A stretch of 64,000 nt of DNA, taken from NCBI GenBank assembly GCA_002104945.1, contig MCFH01000083.1, positions 104,387 through 168,386 on the forward strand, given 5' to 3'. Under the pieces are notes generated by a model. That model had not been told where the DNA came from, ran no database searches, and worked only from the letters and a program-made list of their open reading frames with translations. The translations under genes and the position numbers were made by a program. Position 1 is the first letter of the stretch; every line of letters starts with the position of its first letter. Source of the DNA: Piromyces finnis finn (Eukaryota; Fungi; Neocallimastigomycota). Of the stretch, positions 32,531 to 45,526 are shown piece after piece.

Positions 32531-35500
32531 TTAAGTAAATCTTTTTGTTTTTCTTATAGCTTTTTTCATTAATTTTAATACTTTATTTTTTAATTTATTT
32601 TTTAAACTTAATTTATTATTGGTAGAATTAACAGAACCTAATTTATTGAGGTTACTTAATTTTGATTCCAAATCATTAGAATTGTTCGAATTATCTCCAT
32701 TAGTTAATTTAGAATGGGTATTAAATAACATTTTGGCACCACTACTAATTTCATTAAATTCATTAATAGCTTTACTGAATTGTTCACTATTTTCTCTACC
32801 AGCAGATTCACACAATTTAAATTTAGCTCCTTTAATGTGTTTATATAATTCATTCATGGCATTATCGATGTTACCTTTGATTTCATTTAAGTTTTCTTTT
32901 ACTTGTTCCTTTTCAACGGCATTTAAAGAGTTTTCGAATTCATTTATTTCTAATAAAAGATCATTCATATTTGAAAATAGATCGTGATAATTGCGTATTT
33001 CTAGGTTTTTTTCATTATTATTGTATATAGATTTTAAATCGATAAATCCGTCCTCATTATCTTTAACTTTTTCGACATCTCCAACTGCGTAATCATCGTA
33101 TTTATTTACAGACTCTATAAAATTCATAAATGTTCTAAAATTATGTTCTTGATATGTTTCAATATTACTCCAATTTTTACTTATGGAAACAAGCTTATTA
33201 GAAACTGATACTACTTCATCAATATCTTTTGGATCTCTGCTCATTGGACTAGCATTCTTTACCAGATTAATTTTTAATTTAGCACTATCAGAAATTTCAG
33301 ATATTCCATATTCATTGGATGAATTTTCAATAATTTTGACCAAGGCTTCACCTTCACTATTAACAGGAGTCTTTAAGAACCTATTGTAATCTTTTAGAGT
33401 TCCTTTGTTAACACTGTCATTTCCAAATGTAAATTTGATAGAGTCATCTCCTGCAGTATTAATGAAATCTTCAAATCTTTCCTTATTTTCTTCATTGTTA
33501 AATTTTTCTGGATTTTCTTTAAAAATTTTATTTATACCTTCATTTGCTTTTTTAGTTGCAATATAATTCAAACGATTTTTTAATTCATTATCGCTTTCAA
33601 TGTCTATCGGATTTATATCATCGGTAATTCCATCATTATTAACTTTATTTTCATGTATGCATACAGAAACTAAATCATTATAATTATTGATCAATTCAAG
33701 TAGATGATCGGCTTCTTCAAAATGACCCTCAGCAGACGAATATTCTTTCATATTTTGTATTTTTTTCATAATATTATTTTCTAACAATTTCATATTATTA
33801 AAAATATCTTCACTTAACTGATCCTTGTTTTCACCTAGCATTAATACTTTTATTTTAAGATTATCAAAGAATAGCTTAATATAGGGTTTTGAATTAATAT
33901 CATTGGAAATATAATCAATGAAATTATCTTTATCAGCATTCACATGATCTAAATTAATGATATTTGTAGATTTTATATTACTATCATCGATTAATTGAAT
34001 AGATTGTACATCATTATCATAAAAGAATTCCTTTTTTAGTTTTTTAGCATACGCATTTCTTAGTTTAAGAACAACTTCGGAATTGTTTTTTATCTCATCA
34101 CTATTTGAATTATCCTCCTCAAATACACTCCATAATTTATCAAACTCATTAAAAAGATATAATAATTTATTTTTGAATTCTTCTTTATCCTTTTCATTAA
34201 TATTCATATTTTCAATATCTTCACATAAAAGATCAACTTCTTTCGTTCTGTCTTCATCAAATTCTTTATTATCTTTACCAAAATTAAATAACATGCAAAT
34301 GTGCATTTCCTCGGAATTTTCGTTTAATAAATTATAAGAATTATTAATATTTTCAATTAATTTATCTTTATATAATTTAGATTGTGAATTTTTGTTAAAC
34401 TCAATATCATTAATTAAATCATCGCCATTATCGTCAATTAAATTAGTTTCATGATATTTTTCATGAATATCTTTAACTTTTTGTAAATTTACTTCCAATT
34501 TATTTATATCATCTTCATTAATATTTTCAATAAATTTATTATTTGAAATTTCTGATTTAGAAATATTATTTCTACAACCATTAATAAATTCATTGAAATT
34601 CTTAATAAATTCTATACTTTCTTTTTCACTAAATTGGTCTATATTTTTAATATAATCATTTACTAACCCGTCCCAAACATCATTTATCTTTTCAGCATTT
34701 TTATATAGTTTCTTTAAACTTAAATATTTAATTTTTTCGTTATTCTCATTGTCGTAATCATTATCATCATTTTCATTATCATTATCATCATTATCATTAT
34801 TATCATTAATATAAATATCGTCATCTAATAAAATATTTGAATTAATCTTTTTATCGCGAACCATAATTAAAGTATTAATCAAAGGATTGTTTACATCAAA
34901 ATCGGTAACCAGCAATGATGAACGTTGACACGATTCTCCTGCTCTTTTTCTTAATTTATTAAATGTACATAAATTTCCAGTATTTATTAATGACTGAATT
35001 GATTGAGAAAAAGATAATGTATTTTTCAATTCAATAATATGATTATTTTCTTTAACTATTCCTTCAAACTTATTATTTGTTTTTATAGGAAACATTTTCA
35101 ATATTGATAATATTTTAGTTAAATTATTAATTTTTTCAAGTTTTGTTTGAGATATTAATCCTTTACTTTGACGTTCTTTTATAAATTCTAAAATAATACC
35201 TTCTAACTTTTTATAAACTGGATTACTTTTTGAGCAAACAATATTGTCATCGGGATTAATATTTGCTGGACTTGTAAGAACACTGTTTTTCGCAATATAA
35301 CCCTTTACAGATATTGAATTAAGTGTATTATCATTTACGAAATAAGAAGGATCATTTGAGTTATTAGGGTCATATCTATTACCATTCTTTTCAAGAATTG
35401 TTCCAAATTGATATATAATTCCAATTCCTGGATCTTGTACTCTATTACTTGTAGTATAGTGTTTATGATAACCATTATTATAGTTTATTACATCATTGTA

Positions 35501-36358
35501 TGTTATACTATTTGGAGAAAATGAACTATCTACTGAATAAATTATATTATTATTGCTATCCTTAGTTTCAATTAAAGTAAAAGGATGTGACAATATTTTT
35601 AATTCCCCATCATCTATAATAAATGAATGTTTAATAGTATTGCCATTTTTTGTTGTGATTATAAAAGTATTGAGTTTATCATTATTATTCTTATCAAAAT
35701 CGCGAGTACTTTCAAAGTGTATATCTTTACAAAATATACTGGCATTTATGCATTGAGCAGCTATAGCAGCTATTAGATCTGATTTAGAAGAATAATTTGA
35801 ATTGTTTGTATTTAATGTAAGTTTATTTGATGGATTATTGATGTTAACAGGTTGATTTTGATTTCCTTTAAGGTCATTTATACTTTTATTTTTAATATAA
35901 TTATAAATATGCTTATTTATATTACTTTTTGATAAATAATTTATTTCTTTATTTTCTAATCCCAAAAATAATGAAATAGGATTATTATTTGTTGATTTTG
36001 TTAAAACATTTATTAAATCATATGAATTAATAATGTCGGCTGGATTTGTTCCTGTTGGAAAATATGTGTTATATATTGTATCAGCTAAATCGTGTAATTT
36101 ACTAAAAGTTACTTTATTATTTCTTAAATTAGGAATAATATCCTTAATATCTATAATTATATCATGACCAGTTTGACCACTAACATTAACTTTAAGTTCA
36201 ATCTTTTTATTATTACTATCAACGTCCATAACAATATTTCCATCATCATCACTCACTGCATATGTTAATATTGCAAACAATTCTTTCATGTGATCATGAG
36301 CACTACTATAAACTTTAATTATGAACAATAATATTAATATGAAATAAAAGAACTTCAT
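32531..36358 (-). CDS. Large secreted protein, 1275 aa, with a Cys-flanked dibasic cleavage loop; candidate two-chain toxin/effector
   Basis: Signal peptide MKFFYFILILLFIIKVYS; C464-TFNKLRKRAGES-C477; acidic, helical-looking C-terminal two thirds; no family recognised. Confidence 0.8.
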   Translation of the reverse strand: MKFFYFILILLFIIKVYSSAHDHMKELFAILTYAVSDDDGNIVMDVDSNNKKIELKVNVSGQTGHDIIIDIKDIIPNLRNNKVTFSKLHDLADTIYNTYFPTGTNPADIINSYDLINVLTKSTNNNPISLFLGLENKEINYLSKSNINKHIYNYIKNKSINDLKGNQNQPVNINNPSNKLTLNTNNSNYSSKSDLIAAIAAQCINASIFCKDIHFESTRDFDKNNNDKLNTFIITTKNGNTIKHSFIIDDGELKILSHPFTLIETKDSNNNIIYSVDSSFSPNSITYNDVINYNNGYHKHYTTSNRVQDPGIGIIYQFGTILEKNGNRYDPNNSNDPSYFVNDNTLNSISVKGYIAKNSVLTSPANINPDDNIVCSKSNPVYKKLEGIILEFIKERQSKGLISQTKLEKINNLTKILSILKMFPIKTNNKFEGIVKENNHIIELKNTLSFSQSIQSLINTGNLCTFNKLRKRAGESCQRSSLLVTDFDVNNPLINTLIMVRDKKINSNILLDDDIYINDNNDNDDNDNENDDNDYDNENNEKIKYLSLKKLYKNAEKINDVWDGLVNDYIKNIDQFSEKESIEFIKNFNEFINGCRNNISKSEISNNKFIENINEDDINKLEVNLQKVKDIHEKYHETNLIDDNGDDLINDIEFNKNSQSKLYKDKLIENINNSYNLLNENSEEMHICMLFNFGKDNKEFDEDRTKEVDLLCEDIENMNINEKDKEEFKNKLLYLFNEFDKLWSVFEEDNSNSDEIKNNSEVVLKLRNAYAKKLKKEFFYDNDVQSIQLIDDSNIKSTNIINLDHVNADKDNFIDYISNDINSKPYIKLFFDNLKIKVLMLGENKDQLSEDIFNNMKLLENNIMKKIQNMKEYSSAEGHFEEADHLLELINNYNDLVSVCIHENKVNNDGITDDINPIDIESDNELKNRLNYIATKKANEGINKIFKENPEKFNNEENKERFEDFINTAGDDSIKFTFGNDSVNKGTLKDYNRFLKTPVNSEGEALVKIIENSSNEYGISEISDSAKLKINLVKNASPMSRDPKDIDEVVSVSNKLVSISKNWSNIETYQEHNFRTFMNFIESVNKYDDYAVGDVEKVKDNEDGFIDLKSIYNNNEKNLEIRNYHDLFSNMNDLLLEINEFENSLNAVEKEQVKENLNEIKGNIDNAMNELYKHIKGAKFKLCESAGRENSEQFSKAINEFNEISSGAKMLFNTHSKLTNGDNSNNSNDLESKLSNLNKLGSVNSTNNKLSLKNKLKNKVLKLMKKAIRKTKRFT

Positions 36359-36652
36359 TTTTACTTTATTATTTAATTTTTGTTAAATATCAAAGTTTAA
36401 TTAATAATCATTTTAAAAATATAATAAATAATTATAATTCAACTAATTTATTATTTTTAATATTATTATAATTATATATATAATAAAATACTATATTTTT
36501 ATCAAAAAATTTGATATGATTAAAATATATTTTAAAAATATGTTATTATCAAGTTATCAAGTGATTTTATTTTTTATAATAGTTAAATAAAATAAAATTG
36601 TTTAAAATTGGAATATTTTGTACTTTTTTTTTATAAATATATACTTCATTAA

Positions 36653-38098
36653 ATGGATAATACAGAATTATTTTATAAAGAATTAAATAGTACTTGTAAT
36701 CCTGATACATTATTAAAAATTGCAAAAAAAGGAATTTTTTTATATGAGCCTTTATTTACAAATAATAAAATAAAAGATCATGAAAATGTAATTGAAATCA
36801 GTATATTAGCTGGACAATATTTTATGATATTTAATAGAAAGCAGTATCAAAAACTAGTAGAATTAATTTCTCGGAAAGATTTCACAATTTATCCACATCT
36901 AAATAATCATTATATTATTTTTAATATATTTATTATAAATAAATATTTTATAGAACAATTAATGATCGAAAAAAATAATGATTTTTTATTATTAATACAT
37001 GAGCGTTTATCTAATAAGATAACAATATTATTGTATTTATATAAGTATAATTATATATCCACTAAAATATTTTATTCATTTTATTATTATGGTAATAAAC
37101 ATAATTATTTTAATTTTGTATTTGAGTTGTATGAATATTTTTACCATAATGAATTTAAAAATTTGTTTGAAAATACATTTGATGCTCTCGATATTACTGG
37201 TAAATCTAAAATAATTTCTGAAATGTTACTTTTTTATGGAAGAGATATTAATATATTTAAATATTGTATAAAGAAGATTAAGCAATATCATTTATATATA
37301 CGATATGATTATTTTCGAATACCTTTACATTTTCCAATAGAGTATTTAAAAGAATATAATGATGATGTATTTTTTCCAAATGAATTGTTTGTTACTTGTG
37401 AAGATAAAAAAATTGAAGAATTTATAAATACATTTTTTTCTGATTATTTCATTCTTGTATTAAGTAATAATTATAATGATAAATATAAATGTTATGAAAG
37501 ATTTTATTCAAGATATAATATTGATATTGACAAACTTTATAAATTTAAATATTATAAAAAAAAGGATATAAATTTAGATTATATATATAATTCAGAAGAA
37601 TATAAAAATTTCTTAGAAGGAAATAAGAATTTCAAGGGAATAACATATAATACAAGAGATAATATTATAAATTTAATTAATATAAAAAAAGAAAAGTACA
37701 AATACTATAAACTTAAAAGAATGTTTATAAAAAAGAATTTTAACAATTTATATTTTGTTAAAAAGTACTTGAAAGAGTATAATGAACTTGAAAAAATATT
37801 AAGTGATCCTGAATATATTTTAAGTCAAAATATTGAAATTTGCATTAATGAATATTATGTTATGTTATTTTGTTGTTCAATTTCAATGATTCACAATAAT
37901 TTTAATTATTTTATTATTAAAGCATTATTATATAATATTTTTGATAGTTCTTATTTTGATGTACTTGATAAGAAACTTGTTTTTTTTAAGTATACGTGTG
38001 AAGAACCATATATTAGAAAAATATTTAATATATTATGTTCAACTCCACATGAAGTATTTAATAATTATATTTTAATAAAAGATTATAATCCTAATTAA
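36653..38098 (+). CDS. Hypothetical cytoplasmic protein, 481 aa, rich in Y/F/N/K
   Basis: Long ATG-started ORF without signal peptide, divergent from the 1275-aa gene; very AT-rich codons. Confidence 0.75.
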   Translation: MDNTELFYKELNSTCNPDTLLKIAKKGIFLYEPLFTNNKIKDHENVIEISILAGQYFMIFNRKQYQKLVELISRKDFTIYPHLNNHYIIFNIFIINKYFIEQLMIEKNNDFLLLIHERLSNKITILLYLYKYNYISTKIFYSFYYYGNKHNYFNFVFELYEYFYHNEFKNLFENTFDALDITGKSKIISEMLLFYGRDINIFKYCIKKIKQYHLYIRYDYFRIPLHFPIEYLKEYNDDVFFPNELFVTCEDKKIEEFINTFFSDYFILVLSNNYNDKYKCYERFYSRYNIDIDKLYKFKYYKKKDINLDYIYNSEEYKNFLEGNKNFKGITYNTRDNIINLINIKKEKYKYYKLKRMFIKKNFNNLYFVKKYLKEYNELEKILSDPEYILSQNIEICINEYYVMLFCCSISMIHNNFNYFIIKALLYNIFDSSYFDVLDKKLVFFKYTCEEPYIRKIFNILCSTPHEVFNNYILIKDYNPN

Positions 38099-38309
38099 AA
38101 AAAAATATTCTTTTTTTTTTTAGATTTTTATAAATTGAAAGAATTGTTATTTTTATATATATGTATTTGGTATATATTTTACTTTATGTATATAAATTTA
38201 TATAATTTTTAAAAGGCAAATTTAATATGTTTTATCATAAATATTATAAAATGATTTTTTTACGAATTTAAATAATTAACAAACAAATTGTTATATATAG
38301 TATTTTATT

Positions 38310-38768
38310 ATGGATTTGCTATTAATATCGTTGATAACTTTTACATTTTTTGCTAATTATATTTTAGCGAAAATAGATAAAAAGGAGTTCTGTTTGCATA
38401 ACTATAATGGTATCACAAAAATAGTTGATCCCTTTTATATCAACTCTAAAAATGAAACGATTTATTTTGATACTATTGAAGAGTATTCGAAATACATTGG
38501 ACCTACATGGTTTGGCGTAGCCTATTGTGGTAATAATACTATTGTTAATAATGTAGGACGTTATTTTAAATATATTGGAGATGATGTTAATCCATCAACA
38601 GATACTACACCAACAGAAATAAGCGATAAATCAGATGAAGCAGAAACTGAAGGAGTATTTGAAGAAGATGACATGTACAACGATGATGCAAATGAAGTTT
38701 TTGTTGTTAATAAAGTAAGTTCCAAGAAGCAATCTAAAGTCAAAAGGTACATGAATTTTGTTAAGCGA

Positions 38769-38799
<31 letters not shown>

Positions 38800-41700
38800 G
38801 TGATAATGGTAATGATAATGGTAATGACAATAAAAATTTTTTGAATCTACATACCAAAGAAGAATTTACAAATTATTATAGTAATCTTTATGATAAGTTG
38901 ATGGATCCTGAAAAGCCATTAAAATGTGTTCCATTGAATAGTGTTAACCCAGCGTACAATCCCTATCATCCTTTATTGATTAGAACAACCAATAGAGAAA
39001 GAGCAAACATTATAAATAATATGGGTACAGTGTATGGAGGTAATAGTAATAAAATAATGGAATTTATTAAGGATAGTAAAGATATACAACCATGTGGAAT
39101 TGTTATGAAGATGAAAGATTCATCCATTTCGTGTAGTGTTCGAATTTCAAATACAATTGATGAAAGTGTAACTATTACGGACAGCAATGGGAAAACTTAT
39201 CATCAAGCATATGGAGTTGTTTATAGTGATACTAATTCATTTTCTGATGATATTAATACAGTTTTAGAATTGTCAGTATCTTCGACAGAGAGTAAATCAC
39301 TTTCATATTCCGAATCCGATACGGTTTCTAAATCAGCTGAAAGAGTGCTTTCATATACAAAATCCAAAGGTAAATCTGTTACAGATTCAAGTGAAGACAC
39401 TCACACTGATACTCACGAGAGCTCTTATGCTTATACAGAAAGTGAAGAACATTCTCATGCAAGAAGTGATGGTGGTGAAGTTGTTGATGAGACTAATTGG
39501 AGTAAAAGTGAAGAAATATCACATGTTGAAGAATATAGTCGAATGGAAAGGAAGGATTATGAAAATGCCAAATCAAAAGTAAAAAGAAATGATGTAGTAT
39601 CGTTATGCAAACGAGGAGGTATTTGTATTCCTTGTGATGTTGTTGATACCGTTACAAATGTAGTTGGTACTGCTGCTAATATAGGCTTGCAAATACAATC
39701 TAATAATTTACAAAAAGAGTCTAATGATATAGCCAGAAATTCCACAGAAGCTGCTTACATAGCTAATGATATCGCTAGAAATTCCACAGAAGCTGCTTTT
39801 ATTGCTAATAATATAGCAAGTAATGCCAATGAGATTGCAAAAGACGCTAATGCTGCTTCATGGAAGGCAAATAATTTAACGTTACAGTCGATAGAATCTC
39901 AAGAAGATATAGCAAGGAAAGACAGAGAATTGCAAAGAGAACTTAATGAACTTAATGCACAACAAGAACTTGCTATTGCATTTGCAGGTACAAGAACTAC
40001 AAGTGATAGTTATAGTACGGTTAAAAGTGAAGGTGGAAGTCATAGTCAGTCTGAAAATTGGTCTGATACCTATACCGATTCTACAGGTATTAGCAACACC
40101 TGGACTACATCTGATGGATATTCCGATTCACATACTCAAGGTCATTCGGAAACAACTACTGAAGAAAGTACTCGATCTGATTCTATTTCACATTTATTAA
40201 CAAATACATTTACTAAAGATAAAGGTTGGAGTTTTGAATCTTCTAATACTAATTCAGCATCCAATAGTTATTCTTACGGCAAATCAAATACAATATCCCA
40301 TACAAATGATATTTCCATAGACCAGTCTATTGAAGTATCGGCTGAGAGATCATATCAGAAATCGGTTTCAAGATCTAACACCGAAGAACATAGTAAAACT
40401 CTCGAATTCCATATTCCAGATAATGGTTGTTACAATCTAACAGCTGTTCCTTTATTTAGATCAGAAGTAAATATTTGGGCGTGTGGTGACTATGATATAT
40501 ACGGAAATTATTATACACGTTTTCAAAAAACCATTCATCCAATTGAATTAACAGATTTTGCCAAAACACCAATTGAATGCAATAAGGAGCAAATTGATCC
40601 AGTTATTATTGATAACAATTATCAGAATAGAAATTATATTCCTGATAACGGCATGCCTAAAAACACACTAATTTCAGGTCAAGTTTTAAATAAAGGCAAT
40701 AAAATTAAATCACGCAATGGTAAATATTATTTTGGATTATTGGATGATACAGGAGAATTAGCTTTATGTAAAGGTGAGTTCAAAAAAGAAAATATTGTAT
40801 GGAGTAATGGTATAGATTTTTTGAAAGATGATAAATACAATCTTAAATTTAAAGTAAATTATAACGGACATTTGGTTGTTACAGCAAAGAATATATTTTC
40901 AAGATATAGAGTAATGGATACTGATCAAAATAATGATGTAAATATTAATATTAATAATAATTCCAAGTTATCAAAGCGTCGTAGTCCATTAGATAGATTA
41001 TCTTCATTACTAGATAATAAAACAACAACAACAACGACAACAACTTCTACTACTACAACAACTACAACTACAATTAATACTACTACAACTAATGAAACTA
41101 ATTCTATTGCTATTACAACATCCACAATCGAAAATACAAATAAAAATACTAGTAAAGAGAGTTCAACATCTTCATCTAATTTAATTGTTTCAAAGGCAAC
41201 CGAGAATTTAAGTAGCTTAATATTTTCTAGTACTTATTCTACCACATCTAATGAACCTACATCGACTGCTGTTAACACATCTACTAATACAAGTAGTTCT
41301 GAACCAGTTAAAATGGCTAATTATAGAAATACCGAGGAATTCATTATATGGGATTCATTACCTAAAGATTTACCATTCAATGTAGGCTACTCAGATGGAT
41401 CGGGATACTCATTGGTCTTAAATGACGACGAAAATACCGATTATTGCACTTTAACATTATATGATGGTGTAGGTGTAAAAATTTGGGAAATTAAGCCAGG
41501 GCAGTATGATTATATAGGATATGCGTTTCCAAGAGAATATAATATGCCATTAGCATTCGAAACTAAAAAAGCTGAAAAAGATATTAGTAAGTATGATTTT
41601 CACAATGTTATTAGACCGGAAGTAAAAGATGTATTTATTCATAAAATGAGCTTCACTTGTGATACAAAGATGCGCGAAAATGAGGCGTTGGTATCAAGTA

Positions 41701-44700
41701 ATGGCAAATATAGATTTTATGTACAACCATCAGGTAATTTAGTTATTAAAGAAAATTCCAGAACGATGTGGTCTTCATTAACTGCTAATATTGAAATATT
41801 TGAGGCACCATATATTTTGTCATTCTCACCATTGGGCGAACTATTATTGAGAGATAAAAATAAGTTTTTAATATGGCACACTGTAAACGGAGATTCATTT
41901 AAAAATACAGAAAAGATTGAAGACATTCGTAAATTTTCCTTAATATTATCAGATGATGGGGAATTATATATCGAGGATAATTATCATAATATGTATTGGA
42001 GTTCATGGCCTGTAAGATTATATAATCAACATATACGATATGTTGAGCCAATGATTTATGATATATCCATATGTAAGGAAACTATAAGAAATAAATACAT
42101 CTACGATCTCTTTTCCAATCCAAATATTTATAATTATTATGAAGATCCAGATGACTCAACTACCTATGTTCGTAAATACTATGTTAATAATTTATTACCA
42201 AATGAGTCATTGCTTTCAATATACCATGCTACTTTAAATGTTACAGATACTGAAGTTGTATTTTATTATAAGTATAAAGATAAAATGCATTCAAAGGAAT
42301 TGGCCAGTTGCAGTAAAAATTCGAATGTTAAGGAATTGAAATTAGAAAAAAATGGTTTATATTTGTATTGTAATGATAACACCTATAAAACTATTGCTAT
42401 GGTACCAGAGAATCAAAAATATTATCGTCTTTCTATTGAGAAAAGATATAAAATGGATTATCCTGATTTAATGATATACAACACCAAAACTAAGGAGTTC
42501 TTATGGGGATTGAATCCAGTTAAATTTTTGTATAGTGTTGTTCCCAATAAAACTAAATATGGTGAATACAATAGAATTGTTACTGCTAATACATTTACAA
42601 CATTTGATAGATTAATATCTTATAATGGTGGTGGAAATCATGTGTATATGTCCAATTCTCATGGATTAGAATTGAGTAATTCAGCATACACTGAATTTAA
42701 GAGCTTATCCCTATTGGATGATAACTTTTATATTAATGATGAAATAATTATTAAGAATGAAAAAAATATGGAACTTTCTTATGATGGTATCAATGATAAA
42801 TTAATAATCACAAATGATGCCGATACATTGTGGGAATTATTTGGAAGAAAAAAATGTAATAAATTTATTTCTTCTGATGAAAATTGTAATACTCTATATT
42901 CCTTTAGTGAGTTTTACAATGACGAAAATGAAAAAACTTTTCATTTAGCTTCATATTGGCTATTATATAAAAGTAATACGTTTTATATTTTTAATATAAT
43001 AGAGTATCTTAAAACCATTAATGAGCCAATATTTTCAATGAAACTAAATGAAAATGGTGACATTACATTAAACAATAATAAATATATATTTCACAAAGAA
43101 TATTACAAAAAGGATCAATATTACGAATTAATTACCAATAATTATAATTTAATATTAAAATCAAGTACTGGAGAATATAAATGGGCACTTGGAGATATCT
43201 TCAACCGTGCCTATAATGCAGATATCTTAAAAATTGGAGATTCTTTCAAAGAAGGTGAAATGTTATTCTGTGATGATTATTCTCTAATTATTCTTGGCGG
43301 TAAATTATTGTATAGAGACCACAAAACATTTAATGAAGTCGACATTTTAAATTTAAAAAATAACTATGTTTCAAAATTAGCTATAGGATCTAGAAGTTTA
43401 ACATTCTTTGATAAAAGTAATGAACCAATTTATGCGATTATGTCACCTGATAGTGTTGATTATCCTGACAGCTGTCTTAAATGTGATAAAATCAATAAAG
43501 GAGTGTATTGGGATGACGGTAATGGAAATTCATTATGGAGTTATCCTAAGAATTTACCAAAAACCGATACTACTACAATTACTTCAACTACCACCACTAC
43601 CACCACAACCACCACTACTACTACTACTACTACCACTAGCATTATGCAAACTCCTCAAACTATTGTTTTTACTACACATGTTACTAACTACTCAACCGAA
43701 TATATAACAGAATCACAAACTAGTATAGCCACTAAAACTAGTTATAGTTATGCAACTTATACCAATGTAAGTTATCAAGGAAGTATTGGATCAAAGTATT
43801 ACCTAGGTATAAATGAATTAAAAGAATATGTCACACTTGAAGCTAAATATGGTGGAAATAATAAACAGCCAAGCAAGTATATTAAATGGTTAATTAAATC
43901 TGAAAAGGAACCTTCATATATGCATATAGTAAATAATAATGGTGAAATATCAAATTATTGTTTAGACGTAGGTAAAAGTAAAAACAAATATTCTTACTAT
44001 TTAAGAATTAGTAAATGTTCAGAAGACACTTACTTATTTAAATATAATGTGCCATTTACTGATTATGAAAATTCAAAAATAAATAATCCAAATAATATTA
44101 TTGTTTATAAAAACGATAATTCTTTATTTACTAATAGTAACGGTGTACCATATTGTATTTATTACAGCGATACATTGCGTATAGAAGAGTGTAAAGATCC
44201 TAAAGATTATGAAAATTTCAATTGGAAAAAATACAATAATGGCTATTTTACTGAAACTTCCACAAAGACTAAATTACAAACTTCTACTGAATATCTTACC
44301 AAGAGCACAGTAGTACCAACCATATTAACTTCAACAATAACTTCAATTTTATTACCTACTTTTTCACCTACTTTTTCACCAACTACGTCTACTACAACGA
44401 ATATAAGTAGTATTACTACTAAGGATATAAATCCTACACAATCCATTGATTTACTATTTATTCCTTTAACCTTTAAAGGTATACAAAATGGAAATTCCAG
44501 TATTTTCTTAAGTGTTCCAAAATTAGGAACAAATGAATCTTTTGATATGAGAATATCTGACAGCTACTATACATGGTTTGTTACTTCAACTACAAATCCT
44601 TCTTATCTTTATCTATCTGAAGGTATTTCAGGAAATATTGGAAATCCAACAAATTATTGTTTGGATTTAGGCGACTTTGTTCATAATGAAAAGGATAACT

Positions 44701-44933
44701 ATAATTATTTACGTATCGAAAATTGTTCTAATGTAAAGTATAAATTTATGTATAATGCTTCAGATAATGCTAAATATGGAACAATTAATGTTTACGATAT
44801 CAATGGTAATCCTCTTTCTATTAATAATGACTTTATGTGTATTTACTATTCAATGACACCTCGTGTCGATAAATGTGTTGATCCATCCCTTAATACTAAA
44901 ATGGGTTGGGAAATGTCTCTAATAAAAAATTAA
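38310..44933 (+). CDS. Giant secreted multidomain protein, 2207 aa: S/T-rich beta-pore-former-like region, bulb-type lectin domains, two ricin-B-like domains
   Basis: Signal peptide; several KR sites; alternating S/T strands at ~39130-40480; B-lectin-like blocks (SRNGKYYFGL..GEL, SSNGKYRFYVQPSGNLVI..WSS) at ~40670-40890 and ~41670-42010; duplicated NYCLD.G..LRI..C..W domains after T-rich linkers. Confidence 0.85.
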
Positions 44934-45526
44934 TAATAAATTAAATTATTAATTATTATTATCATCAAATAATTATAATTTATTCTATTAATTAATTAAA
45001 ATGTATAGATTTATAGAAAAAATAAAAAAATAAAAAAAATAGATAAAAATATAAAGATAGAAATAAAATAATAATAATAATAATAATAATAAAATATGAA
45101 ATATGAAAAATATTTAAAATAAATAAATAAATAAATAAAAAGATAAATAGAAAAAAACAAAAAAAAAAAAGAAATAAATAGGATAGGGTCAATAAAAAAT
45201 ATATATATAATAATAACAAAATTATATATATTTTTTAAAATTTTAAATATTTCTTTTTTAGTATCAGTTTTCTATCTTCATTTATTGTTATTTTTTTTAA
45301 ACCGTATAATATATTATTTATTATGATTATAATAACAAAATTTTCATGTAAAGAAATTATAAACTATTTTATATTTTTATATTACTTTTATAAAATGATT
45401 TTATAAGATTTTAATAAAAATAATTATAAAATAAAATAAATTAGAAATTACATATATATAAATAAATATATATATATATTTAAAAAAAAAACTATAAATT
45501 CAAGCAAAAATTTTTAAACAGAAGAA

